From: an uncultured Spirochaetota bacterium
GTDB lineage: Bacteria; Spirochaetota; Spirochaetia; SZUA-6; Fen-1364
Length of the DNA stretch: 64,000 nucleotides
NCBI GenBank assembly: GCA_963845535.1
Contig: CAWJSK010000001.1
Coordinates: 37,396-101,395, forward strand
Direction: 5' to 3'
The translations under genes and the position numbers were made by a program. Numbering within the stretch: the first letter of the stretch is position 1; the number at the start of each line of letters is the position of its first letter. Below are positions 35,671 to 46,316 of this stretch, piece by piece. The notes below the pieces were generated by a model. That model did no database searches. It saw only the letters and a list, made by a program, of their open reading frames with translations, and was not told where the DNA came from.

Positions 35671-35935
35671 GCTCTTCGAGCGTGAGGACCGGATGGCAGG
35701 CGCCCGCGTATCCCATGGGAGCTATCAGGTCCAGGTCACGTCGGCCGTTCAGCGTCTTGTGCAGCCACATCTTGGTTTTTTGAAGGCTTTCCGCGGGGAT
35801 TGCCGGGAAGTTCCAAACGAGCGGGCGTTCGCCGGCCTTTTCCCTGATAAGGTCGCAGAGCGTCGGCAGGTTGTCCCATGAGCCGCGGTCCCACTGGACA
35901 CCCAGGAAGACCTGTCGCCCACCCCGTTTCGCCAT
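35594..35935 (-). CDS. hypothetical protein, probably the N-terminal part of the same split gene
   Basis: MAKRGGRQVFLGVQWDRGSWDNLPTLCDLIREK...HPVLTLEELEKE then degenerates. The downstream frame continues sensibly as SWGMENPWGTG. Confidence 0.45.
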   Translation of the reverse strand: MAKRGGRQVFLGVQWDRGSWDNLPTLCDLIREKAGERPLVWNFPAIPAESLQKTKMWLHKTLNGRRDLDLIAPMGYAGACHPVLTLEELEKEILLGYGKSVGDGRFPGSRDPS

Positions 35936-36018
35936 TCCCTCCTTTTTATCAGAAGGGAAGCCAAAGTCAAGGCGGAAGGCTCCCGGTGGCGCCGGGGCAA
36001 ATTTTCTGAAAAAAGCCC

Positions 36019-36047
36019 TTGATGATCTTCGCGCGTTTTTGTATCTT
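36019..36047 (+). promoter_or_regulatory. sigma70-like promoter, TTGATG-17 nt-TATCTT, for groEL
   Basis: Spacing and hexamers read directly from the sequence, about 75 nt upstream of the groEL ATG. Confidence 0.4.
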
Positions 36048-36087
36048 AGCCAAAAGCGCAGACACGCTCAAAACAATTCGCGCGTGA

Positions 36088-37773
<1,686 letters not shown>

Positions 37774-37828
37774 ACGCCCACGGCGGAGCTCAGCCCGCTC
37801 GTGTGATCAAGGCGAAGCCGTAGAGACA

Positions 37829-37857
37829 GGCCGCTCCGAAAGGAGCGGCCGTCTTTT
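37829..37857 (+). terminator. intrinsic terminator after groEL
   Basis: GGCCGCTCC-GAAA-GGAGCGGCC followed by GTCTTTTGT. Confidence 0.65.
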
Positions 37858-37896
37858 GTGCTTGAACAAGGCCGGCGCTTCTGTCAGGATTGATGC

Positions 37897-38190
37897 ATGC
37901 GCAGGGAGGACTACGTTTTCTGCATTGGATACGAAGGGAGCACGGCAATCGTGGACGGCAAACTGATGCGCAGGCATCGCTCCCACACCACCGGCCAGCT
38001 TGCTGAGGCGGGGCTTTTCAAGCAAGCCGTTTGCTCCGCGCTCTGGAGCGGAAGGCCGGAGGAGCTGGAGGAAGTTCTTTCTATTTTCAACCGCAAGACG
38101 GTGACAGGCGCGCGGACGGCGGAGGAGCTCACGAGGATCTTCGGGACCTCGGGCGTGCCCGAGGGGGTGAAGAAGGTCACGGTAGTCTGA
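37897..38190 (+). CDS. small hypothetical protein (97 aa)
   Basis: MRREDYVFCIGYEGSTAIVDGKLMRRHRSHTTGQLAEAGLFKQAV... has protein-like composition. It lies between groEL and the MerR gene on the same strand. No family recognised. Confidence 0.35.
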   Translation: MRREDYVFCIGYEGSTAIVDGKLMRRHRSHTTGQLAEAGLFKQAVCSALWSGRPEELEEVLSIFNRKTVTGARTAEELTRIFGTSGVPEGVKKVTVV

Positions 38191-38211
38191 GGCCGGCGCG
38201 AGGGGTGATGA

Positions 38212-38901
38212 GTGGAACCGAATGTCACGGCTGGCGTCCTGGGCGCGCTGACCCGTGAAGAGTTGATACGGCGCCTGCGGGTGACACCGGAGGAGCTCGA
38301 GCAGTGGACCAGCATCAACCTGATTGCCCCGCTTGACGGAAAAATGGACCTCTACCCTCCCTCGGCAATCGAGGAGGGGGAGCTCATCAAGAAGTTCTGC
38401 TCCCTCGGATATGCCCTGCCGGAAATTCAGAAAATCAAGCGCAGCGTCGGCCTGCCCGTCAGGGATGAAAAGGGGCATTACGTATCTCGTGCGGACTTTC
38501 TGACCATCGGCGAGCTGGCGGAGAAATGCGGGATCAACGTCCGAACGATCAAGTTCTGGGAGGAGAAGGGGCTCATCTCTCCGCACAAGCGCACCGAGGG
38601 CGGTTTTCGGCTGTACCGTCCTTCGGAAGTGGTCCGTGTCTCCTTCATCAAGGACTTACAAGCGTTCAATTATACCCTCGCTGAGATCGGCAACATCCTG
38701 CAGCTTGCGGGTCCTGATCTGGGTGCAACCGATGCCGACCTTGAAGGGATGGCAGGCGCGGAAATAGAGAAGATGCAGGGGGCCCTCGAGTACCTCGTGG
38801 GCCGAATGAGAGAAGTCCGCGATGCATCGTCGCGTGTGGAGCTTGTTTTTGCCCGGCGACTCAGGGCTGTTTCCCGCGCGGCGCGCCTGCGCAAGCGTTG
38901 A
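38212..38901 (+). CDS. MerR-family regulator with a degenerate N-terminal and a canonical second HTH module
   Basis: LTIGELAEKCGINVRTIKFWEEKGLISPHKRTEGGFRLYRPSEV is a canonical MerR HTH. An upstream LTREELIRRLRVTPEELEQWTSINLIAP looks like a second, degenerate copy. Confidence 0.72.
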   Translation: MEPNVTAGVLGALTREELIRRLRVTPEELEQWTSINLIAPLDGKMDLYPPSAIEEGELIKKFCSLGYALPEIQKIKRSVGLPVRDEKGHYVSRADFLTIGELAEKCGINVRTIKFWEEKGLISPHKRTEGGFRLYRPSEVVRVSFIKDLQAFNYTLAEIGNILQLAGPDLGATDADLEGMAGAEIEKMQGALEYLVGRMREVRDASSRVELVFARRLRAVSRAARLRKR

Positions 38902-38909
38902 CACGCTTG

Positions 38910-38939
38910 TTGACGCTCGCTCCGGCTTCATGGTATGTT
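38910..38939 (+). promoter_or_regulatory. candidate promoter, TTGACG-18 nt-TATGTT, for yajC-secDF
   Basis: Read directly from the sequence. A second TTGACA lies 12 nt upstream, at 38898. Confidence 0.4.
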
Positions 38940-38974
38940 TTCGCGGTTATTTATCTTCATCTTAAGGAAAGCAT

Positions 38975-39343
38975 ATGACAGGCATAATGGGTCTTTTTCC
39001 CCTCCTGTTGGGGACGCCGGAGGGCGGTTCCCCAGGTTCCAGCGGAGGCGGCGGAACGCAACTCGTCACGATGCTGGTCACCTTCGGGTTGATCATCGTC
39101 GTGTTCTACTTCCTCGTGATCCGTCCCCAGAACCGAAAGCAGAAAGACGCGAAGAGGATGCTGGAAAGCGTCCGCAAGGGGGACCGGGTGGTCACCGTCG
39201 GCGGCATGCACGGCTTCGTGGAGTCGGTCAAGGATGATGCGGTTGTCCTCAAGGTTGATGACAACGTGAAGCTCAAGTTCAACAAGAGCGCCATCTCGCA
39301 GGTCCTCGAACGCCGCGACGATTCGGGAGACACCAAGGAGTAG
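38975..39343 (+). CDS. yajC: preprotein translocase subunit YajC
   Basis: FYFLVIRPQNRKQKDAKRMLESVRKGDRVVTVGGMHGFV is the YajC signature. Confidence 0.88.
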   Translation: MTGIMGLFPLLLGTPEGGSPGSSGGGGTQLVTMLVTFGLIIVVFYFLVIRPQNRKQKDAKRMLESVRKGDRVVTVGGMHGFVESVKDDAVVLKVDDNVKLKFNKSAISQVLERRDDSGDTKE

Positions 39344-39351
39344 GTCATTTC

Positions 39352-41082
39352 ATGAAGAAGCGGTATCGGTTGCTCATCACGATCGTGCTTGTCGCGGTCG
39401 GTTTTTATTTTCTCTGGCCTTCGATCAAATGGTATTTCCTCACGCCGCAGGCGGACAAGGACATAGCGGAAAGCTCACGCAACCAGATCAAGGTCTACGC
39501 GCAGGAAAGGGCTGATGAAGTGATCAAGGCCCTCGTAGCCGCTGGGGACCAGGCCCCGTTGCCGAAGGAGTACTCGTACCTCATCCCCAAGGCAATCAAG
39601 CGCTACGTCACGGCCAAGCACGCCTCGCCTGCCACGTGGACGGTGCGTGACGTTTTGGCCGCGTACACGAGCCGTGAAGACCTTTCCGCGGACATCGAGG
39701 ACTGGTACCGCTCGCAGATGTTCGCTCTCAAGGACCTGAAGACCCAGACAATGCAGCTCGGGCTCGACCTTCGCGGCGGGATGTACGTCACCATTCGGGC
39801 GGACTTTGCCGCCCTGGAGGCCACCTCCGGGACGAAGCTGACCGACGCCCAGAAAGATGACAAGATGAAGACCACGCTGGAGGTCTTGCGGAACAAGATC
39901 GACCAGTTCGGGCTCACCGACCCGTCCATCAGGCGCCAGGGCTCTGACAATATCATCATCGAAATCCCCGGCACCTCGGACCCTGAGACGGTTCGCCGCT
40001 TCATCATGGGCAAAGGTCTCCTCACGTTCCACATCGCGGATACTGACGCGCTTCAAAAGGTGAAGGAATATCAGGCGGCTCACCCGGGCGTGCTCCTGGA
40101 CGCCGCGGGCAACGTCAAGGACACCGGAGTGCTTTCCGTCATCCCCGCCGGTGACGTCCTGCGCGGGGTGTTCCAGAAAGATTCCTACGGCCTGGACGAG
40201 CTGAAAGGGTTCACCGTCCTGCACCAGGAAGTCGGCCTGAACGGCACCGAGATCAAGGATGCCCAGGTGGGGCGTGACCCGGTCACCGGAGAGCCCACGG
40301 TCAACTTCATCCTTACCGGGGCGGGCGGAGAGACGTTCTACAAGCTGACCTCCGCGAACGTCGGGAAAGTCCTGGCGGTCGCGCTGGACAACAAGGTCAA
40401 AGCGCAGGCAACCATCCAGGAGCCCATCCGGGACCAGGTGCGCGTAAGCGGCTTCAAGCTCGATGAGGCGCAGGACCTCGCCCTCGTGCTGAGGACAGGA
40501 TCACTGCCCGTACCTCTTGAGATCACCAGCCAGCAGGCAATCGGGGCGTCCCTGGGGCAGGATGCAATCAGCCAGGGGATCAAGGCCAGCGCCCTCGGAC
40601 TGGCCCTCGTCTTCATTTTCATGCTCGCGTATTACCGCAGGGCAGGCATGAACGCCGTGCTGGCGAACATCCTGAACCTGTATTTCATCGTGGCCATCCT
40701 TTCCGTATTCAACTTCACGCTGACCCTTGCGGCAATTGCCGGCCTCGTGCTGAACGTCGGCATGGCCGTGGATGCAAGCGTCCTGATCTTCGAGAGGATG
40801 AAGGAAGAAATGCGGCTGGGCAAATCCACCCAGGCGGTCGTAAAAGCGGGATTCGAGCGCGCGTTCCTCGCAATCGCTGACTCGAACATAACGACCATCA
40901 TCGCGGCCCTCGTCCTGACCCAGCTTGCAAAAGGCTCCATCCAGGGCTTCGCGGTCACTCTGACAGTTGGAAACCTCGCAACTCTCTTCTCCGCGGTATT
41001 TGTTTCCCGTCTGATCTTTGACTTCAACGTCGAAGTGCTCAAGGTGAAGAAGATCCCGGTTTCCTGGAGACGACTTGCATGA
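39352..41082 (+). CDS. secD: protein translocase subunit SecD
   Basis: LGLDLRGGMYV and VRTGSLPVPLE, plus C-terminal RND-like TM bundle motifs. Confidence 0.93.
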   Translation: MKKRYRLLITIVLVAVGFYFLWPSIKWYFLTPQADKDIAESSRNQIKVYAQERADEVIKALVAAGDQAPLPKEYSYLIPKAIKRYVTAKHASPATWTVRDVLAAYTSREDLSADIEDWYRSQMFALKDLKTQTMQLGLDLRGGMYVTIRADFAALEATSGTKLTDAQKDDKMKTTLEVLRNKIDQFGLTDPSIRRQGSDNIIIEIPGTSDPETVRRFIMGKGLLTFHIADTDALQKVKEYQAAHPGVLLDAAGNVKDTGVLSVIPAGDVLRGVFQKDSYGLDELKGFTVLHQEVGLNGTEIKDAQVGRDPVTGEPTVNFILTGAGGETFYKLTSANVGKVLAVALDNKVKAQATIQEPIRDQVRVSGFKLDEAQDLALVLRTGSLPVPLEITSQQAIGASLGQDAISQGIKASALGLALVFIFMLAYYRRAGMNAVLANILNLYFIVAILSVFNFTLTLAAIAGLVLNVGMAVDASVLIFERMKEEMRLGKSTQAVVKAGFERAFLAIADSNITTIIAALVLTQLAKGSIQGFAVTLTVGNLATLFSAVFVSRLIFDFNVEVLKVKKIPVSWRRLA

Positions 41083-42626
41083 AGAGAGTCATCCAGTTCT
41101 CAAAGGCCCGATTCTTCTTCTTCGGGTTTTCCGCGCTGCTGATCCTGGTCGGAATCGGCGGATACATCATCCATGGCGGGTTCAATCTCGGGGTTGATTT
41201 CAAGGCGGGTATCGAGCTCCAGTTCCAGATTGCCCCCGCAAGTTTCTCCATCCAGTACGCGGGGCCCGACAAAGCGGAGATTTCAATCCCTGCGGGTGAA
41301 CAGGCCCTGACATCCGCCGGCAATATCATCATCACCATCACCAGCGCCAAAGACGGCACCTCCACGGCGTATCCGTTCCGCTACACGGATTACCCAACCG
41401 TGAAGGCATTGACCGACGCGGTTGCAAAGGTCCCCGGCATTTCCGTCCAGCCGAAGGGGAACATGGATGAGGTGCCCACCCAGCTCGTCCCGTTGCCGCG
41501 GCCCGCTGACGTCACAGACAAGGGATACACCATCAATCTGAGCCCGGGGCCCGGCCGCGGAGTCCAGACGACCCTTCCAGACGTTCGCACCACGCTTGCT
41601 CCGCTGGGCCAGTTCGAAATGCAGCAGGTGGGCGCGCCGGTCAGCCAGGAGTACATGGTCAGGGTGGAGGCCAAGACTGAAGACCAGAGCTTCCAGACCA
41701 ACACGGAAGCCAAGGTGCTGGAGCTCCTCGGGGCAAAGTACGGCCCTGACCAGATCATTCTCTTGAGCAGCAATTTCGTCGGACCGCGGCTTGCGCAAGG
41801 CCTTGTCACCCAGACCCTCTGGCTGGTGCTCATTGCGGTCCTCCTGATCCTCGCCTACATGATGTTCCGCTTCCACCCGCCCATTTATGCGATTGCGGCG
41901 GTCATTGGCATCTGTCATGACGCGCTCGTGATGATCGGATTCGACGCAGTCTTCCGCGTCCAGGTGGATGCAGCCACAATCGCCGCAATCCTGACCATCC
42001 TGGGGTACTCGATCAATGACACCATTGTCATCTTCGACCGGGTGCGGGAGAACAAGAACCTCATGCGCGGGACGGCCTTGAGGACCATCCTCGACACGAG
42101 CGTCACGCAGACCTTGAGCCGGACGTTCATCACCTCAGGGGCAACGCTGCTCACCGTCATCGCGCTGTTCATTCTCACCAGCGGTTCCATCAAGAACTTC
42201 GCCCTGAACATGATCATAGGTATCCTTGAAGGGACCTATTCGACGTTCATTTCCTCCTTCATTGTCCTGGAGTGGACGAAGATGAGTGATCGGCGGCACA
42301 AGAGACTGGAGATGGAGAAGTACGGTGTGACGGAGCACCAGGCCAGGCTCACGCCTGTCCTCGCTGAGGGAGCGTTCGTTGACGCGCAAGAAGAGCCGGA
42401 GCAGGAAGAGGAGGCAGCGGTGACCAGTGTGCAGAGCGCGCCGCAACCGGTGGGCGTTTCGCAGCCCGTGTCGGGGGCCTCTGCTGATGCGGCGGTCCAG
42501 GCCGCTCCAGGTCCGTCGCCGTCCTCCCAGGGCCAGGCGGTGGCGCAGCATGCTGGAGTGGCTCCGTCACTGTTCGGACACTCGGGTTCCCGCAAGAACA
42601 AGAAGCACAAGAGGCGGCACCACTAG
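41079..42626 (+). CDS. secF: protein translocase subunit SecF (enlarged periplasmic domain, long low-complexity C-terminal tail)
   Basis: GFNLGVDFKAGIELQF, ILGYSINDTIVIFDRVREN and SRTFITSGATLLTV. ATGA overlap with secD. The tail from about residue 420 is rich in E, A, P and Q. Confidence 0.9.
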   Translation: MKRVIQFSKARFFFFGFSALLILVGIGGYIIHGGFNLGVDFKAGIELQFQIAPASFSIQYAGPDKAEISIPAGEQALTSAGNIIITITSAKDGTSTAYPFRYTDYPTVKALTDAVAKVPGISVQPKGNMDEVPTQLVPLPRPADVTDKGYTINLSPGPGRGVQTTLPDVRTTLAPLGQFEMQQVGAPVSQEYMVRVEAKTEDQSFQTNTEAKVLELLGAKYGPDQIILLSSNFVGPRLAQGLVTQTLWLVLIAVLLILAYMMFRFHPPIYAIAAVIGICHDALVMIGFDAVFRVQVDAATIAAILTILGYSINDTIVIFDRVRENKNLMRGTALRTILDTSVTQTLSRTFITSGATLLTVIALFILTSGSIKNFALNMIIGILEGTYSTFISSFIVLEWTKMSDRRHKRLEMEKYGVTEHQARLTPVLAEGAFVDAQEEPEQEEEAAVTSVQSAPQPVGVSQPVSGASADAAVQAAPGPSPSSQGQAVAQHAGVAPSLFGHSGSRKNKKHKRRHH

Positions 42627-42649
42627 GCTGGGAAAGGCGCGTCGGGCTG

Positions 42650-43371
42650 ATGGCACGTCTGATCCGGATGTACATGTCCACCGGAGATCGCGCTTCGCGC
42701 GATGCGGCACTTGTGAAGCTCCTCTGCCTCTCTGACATCCACGGGGAAGGAGCTGCCTTGAGGGAAATCCTGCCAGGCGCCGCGGAGGGAGTAGACGCCG
42801 TGGTGCTGGCGGGGGATCTCACGCATCTGGGCGGGTACAAGGAAGCGGAGGCCCTTCTGGCTCCGCTTTTTTCTATTGGCCTTCCCCTCCTCGCCGTTGC
42901 CGGAAACATGGAATATGAAGGGGTGCGCCGCTACATCGGTGAAAAGGAGATCGACATCCACGGCAGGGGTGTCGAGCTGAACGGAGTGGGCTTCATGGGG
43001 CTTGGCGGTGGAACCCCATCCCCATTCCACTCCCCTGGGAGCTCACGGACGAAGAAGCGCGGCCTCTCCTGGCAGCAGGGCTTGCCGCAATTGCCGGGGC
43101 GCCCTTCAAGGTGCTCGTGTCTCACGCGCCGCCGCGCGGAACAAAGTTGGACCGCATCTTCGCCGGCGCGCATGCGGGGTCCGGCGCGGTACGGGAGCTC
43201 ATTGAAAGTGACGCTGTGAACGTGTGCCTGTGCGGCCACATCCATGAGGCCGCCGGAGAAGAGAGAATTGGCGAAACGCTGTGCGTGAATCTTGGACCGT
43301 TCAAGAACGGGAGATATGCCATTGTTGCCATCGAGAATGGTAGTGCTCGAGTAGATTGGAGGAAAAGATGA
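42650..43371 (+). pseudogene. calcineurin-like metallophosphoesterase, reading frame broken once (or a 1-nt assembly deletion)
   Basis: ORF 42650..43219 carries LLCLSDIHGE, VLAGDLTHLG and AVAGNMEY. ORF 43111..43371, in another frame, carries VLVSHAPP and LCGHIHE. The two join sensibly as ...SPFHSP-WELTDEEA... if one base is added in the C run at 43032-43035. Confidence 0.7.
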
Positions 43372-45351
43372 ACCTGACGGCTCTTAGCGCTGTCGCGAAC
43401 ACGGTGCGTTCCCTGAGCATTGACGCCGTTGAGAAGGCCAAGTCCGGTCACCCCGGTCTTCCCATGGGGTGCGCTGAGCTGGGCGCCCTGCTGTACGGAG
43501 AGCTGCTTTCCCACTGGCCGCAGGACCCGCAGTGGATCAACAGGGACCGCTTTGTCCTGTCCGCGGGGCACGGGTGCATGCTCCTGTATTCGCTTCTGCA
43601 CCTTTCAGGGTACGACCTGAGCCTGGATGACATCCGAGGCTTCCGCTCCCTCGGCTCCCGGACCCCCGGCCATCCCGAATGGGGACATGACCCCTGGCGT
43701 GGAGGCCACGGCTGGTCCGCTGGGACAGGGACTTTCAAACGCGGTCGGCATGGCCATCGCGGAACGCATCCTTGCGGCGAAGTTCAATACCTCCAGCAGG
43801 ACCGTCATTGACCACTACACCTACGTCCTGGCAAGTGACGGCGACATGATGGAAGGGGTGGCTTCGGAGGCGGCCTCCATCGCAGGACACCTGAAGCTCG
43901 GGAAGCTCATTGTGTTCTATGACTCCAACCAGATCACGATAGAGGGCTCCACGACCCTGGCGTTCTCGGAGGACGTGCTCAAGCGGTACGAGGGCTACGG
44001 CTGGCGGACTTTGCACGGTGACATGTACGACATGCCCGCCACCGCGGAGATGGTGGCGCAGGCCAAGAAAGCGGGGGAAAGGCCGACGATCATCCGCTTG
44101 CAGTCCATCATCGGAAAAGGAGCGCCGAAGAAGGCGGGGACTGCAAAGGCGCACGGTGAGGCGCTGGGACCTGAGGAGGCGGCCGCCGCCAAGAAGGCAA
44201 TCGGCGTGCCGGACGGGTGCCAGTTCTACGTCTTCCCCGAGGCGGAGGCGTACTTCAAAGCCCGACAACCTGCATGGAAATCCCGCTATGAGGAATGGAA
44301 AAAGACTTTCGAGGCATGGAGAAAAGAGAACCCGGACAAGGCAAAGGAGTGGACGCGGTATTTTGAGGACGGCAAGGCGGACTTGAGCGCGGTCACCCTG
44401 CCGTCGTTCAAAATTGGAGATTCGCTTGCCACCCGTGCCGCAGGAGGCCAGGTTCTGAACGCAATTGCGCAGGCTGTTCCCAACCTCATTGGCGGGTCAG
44501 CGGACCTTGCCCCGTCCAACAGCACAAACCTCAAGGACATGGGGGACTTCAGCGCGTCGAACCCCCTTGGACGCAATTTCCACTTCGGCATCCGCGAGCA
44601 CGGGATGGGCGGAATCTGCAACGGGATAGCGTACCACGGCGGCCTGCGGCCTTTCTGCGCAACGTTCCTCGTTTTCTCGGACTACATGCGGCCGTCCGTG
44701 CGCCTCGCGGCAATTGCCAAGCTGCCGGTGATCTACGTGTTCACGCATGACTCGGTTTTCGTCGGCGAAGACGGCCCCACGCATGAGCCGGTGGAGCACC
44801 TGGCGGCGCTCCGAGCCATCCCGAACCTGTTCGTCCTGAGGCCGGGTGACGCGGAGGAGACGGAGCTTGCCTGGAGAATTGCCTACGAGAGGCATGACGG
44901 GCCCACGGCGCTTGCGTTGACGCGGCAAGGGATTACCGTTTATCCGAAGGCGGACAGCGCGTGGCGGACCACCATCCGCAAGGGCGCCTACGTCGCAAAG
45001 GACTGTGACGGCGCTCCCGACGTTGTGATCATTGCCACGGGATCCGAAGTGTCGGTGGCAATTGCCGCCGCGGCGGAGCTGACGGAGCGCAAGGTGCGCG
45101 TGGTCTCCATGCTTTCACGCGAGCTCTTCCTCAAGCAGCCCGCGGACTTCCGCCACGCCCTGGTGCCGCCGGCCGTCCGCAAGGTGACTTTCGAGGCAGG
45201 CGTTTCGTTTGGATGGAAGGGCCCCTTTGATGATGACTCGGTGGTCACGGTTTCCATTGACCGCTTCGGCGAATCAGGCCAGTATCAGAAGATTGCGGAG
45301 CACCTGGGGATCACCGCTGCCGCGCTCGTGAAGCGGATCAGGGAGCTGTAG
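43368..45351 (+). pseudogene. tkt: transketolase, reading frame broken once (or a 1-nt assembly insertion)
   Basis: The N-terminal piece (track ORF 43356..43811; ATG 43368 after GGAGGAAAAG) ends correctly at ...[11 protein letters not shown]. The main piece (43627..45351) resumes at [14 protein letters not shown]. One extra base within 43681-43689 separates them. The remainder is canonical (SDGDMMEGV, GIREHGMG, THDSVFVGEDGPTHEPVEH). Confidence 0.85.
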
Positions 45352-45366
45352 CAGGCGGCCTCCGGG

Positions 45367-46243
45367 GTGATCATTCATCTGGTTGACGGCACCTATGAGC
45401 TCTTCCGCTGCTTCTACGGGCTGAAGCGCTCCACGAAGCCGGATGACGGAATGGGCGCCGTCCGCCTGGTCCTGAACACTCTGCTTGAAATGGTGGAGAA
45501 CGGAGCCACGCATCTCGGCGTGGCCACTGACCACGTCATAGAGTCCTTTCGCAACACAATGTGGCCGGGGTACAAGACCGGCAGCGGCGTGGACCCCGCC
45601 CTCCTTGCGCAGTTCCATCCCCTGGAGGATGCGCTTGGGGCATTCGGGTTCATCGTGTGGCCCATGGTGGAGCTCGAGGCGGATGACGCCCTGGCTTCAG
45701 CCGCAGCCGCGGCAGACGCGGACCCCTCGGTGGAGAAAGTCAGCATCTGGACTCCGGACAAAGACCTCGCCCAGTGCGTGGTTGGAGACCGGGTGGTGCA
45801 AGTGGACAGGCGGAGCGGGCAGATCCGCAACGCGGATGCGGTCCTGGCGAAGTTCGGCGTTCACCCGCGCTCCATTCCAGATTACCTTGCCCTTGTCGGT
45901 GACAGCGCGGACGGCTACCCGGGGATACCGGGCTGGGGGCCGAAGTCCGCGGCAGCGTTGCTTTCCCGTTACGCCAGCCTGGACGGAGGTTCCCATCACT
46001 GACCCGCAGTGGCGGCCCAACGCGGCAAACGCGGGAGGGCTGGCGCACAACCTGCGCTCCAACTGGGATCACGCCTTGTTGTTTCGGGATCTTGCGACGT
46101 TGAGAAAGGACGCCCCTGTTTTCCGCTCGGTCGAGGAGCTTCGTTGGAAAGGACCTCGGCCTGAAGCGAAGCCCCTGGCGCAGCGGATCAACGCCGGCTC
46201 TCTCCTGGAACGGGCAGAGCGGCTGGCGCAGCGCCTTGCCTGA
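45367..46243 (+). pseudogene. 5'-3' exonuclease (FEN/PIN-like, Pol I N-terminal domain family), reading frame broken once
   Basis: 45367..46002 gives MIIHLVDGTYELFRCFYG..., ELEADDALAS and LVGDSADGYPGIPGWGPKSAAALL. The C-terminus continues in the frame of ORF 45605..46243 as VPITDPQWRPNAANAGGLAHNL.... The junction is near 45981-45990. Confidence 0.75.
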
Positions 46244-46316
46244 AAATCAGTATCTTTTCCTTGAGAGGCTTGCGCGCTCATGGAAACGGAGATACCCGAA
46301 CTGCGCAGGCGGCTGA

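Noticed and set aside
36042-36075. Possible CIRCE (HrcA operator) upstream of groEL, at TTAGCCAAA-N9-ACGCTCAAA.
   Set aside because: Only about 5/9 and 4/9 matches to TTAGCACTC-N9-GAGTGCTAA, and the two halves are not mutually complementary.
37807-38586. 259-aa minus-strand ORF spanning the groEL terminator, the small ORF and the MerR gene start.
   Set aside because: It is antisense to a canonical MerR HTH gene, crosses a strong terminator, and has R/P/L-rich composition.
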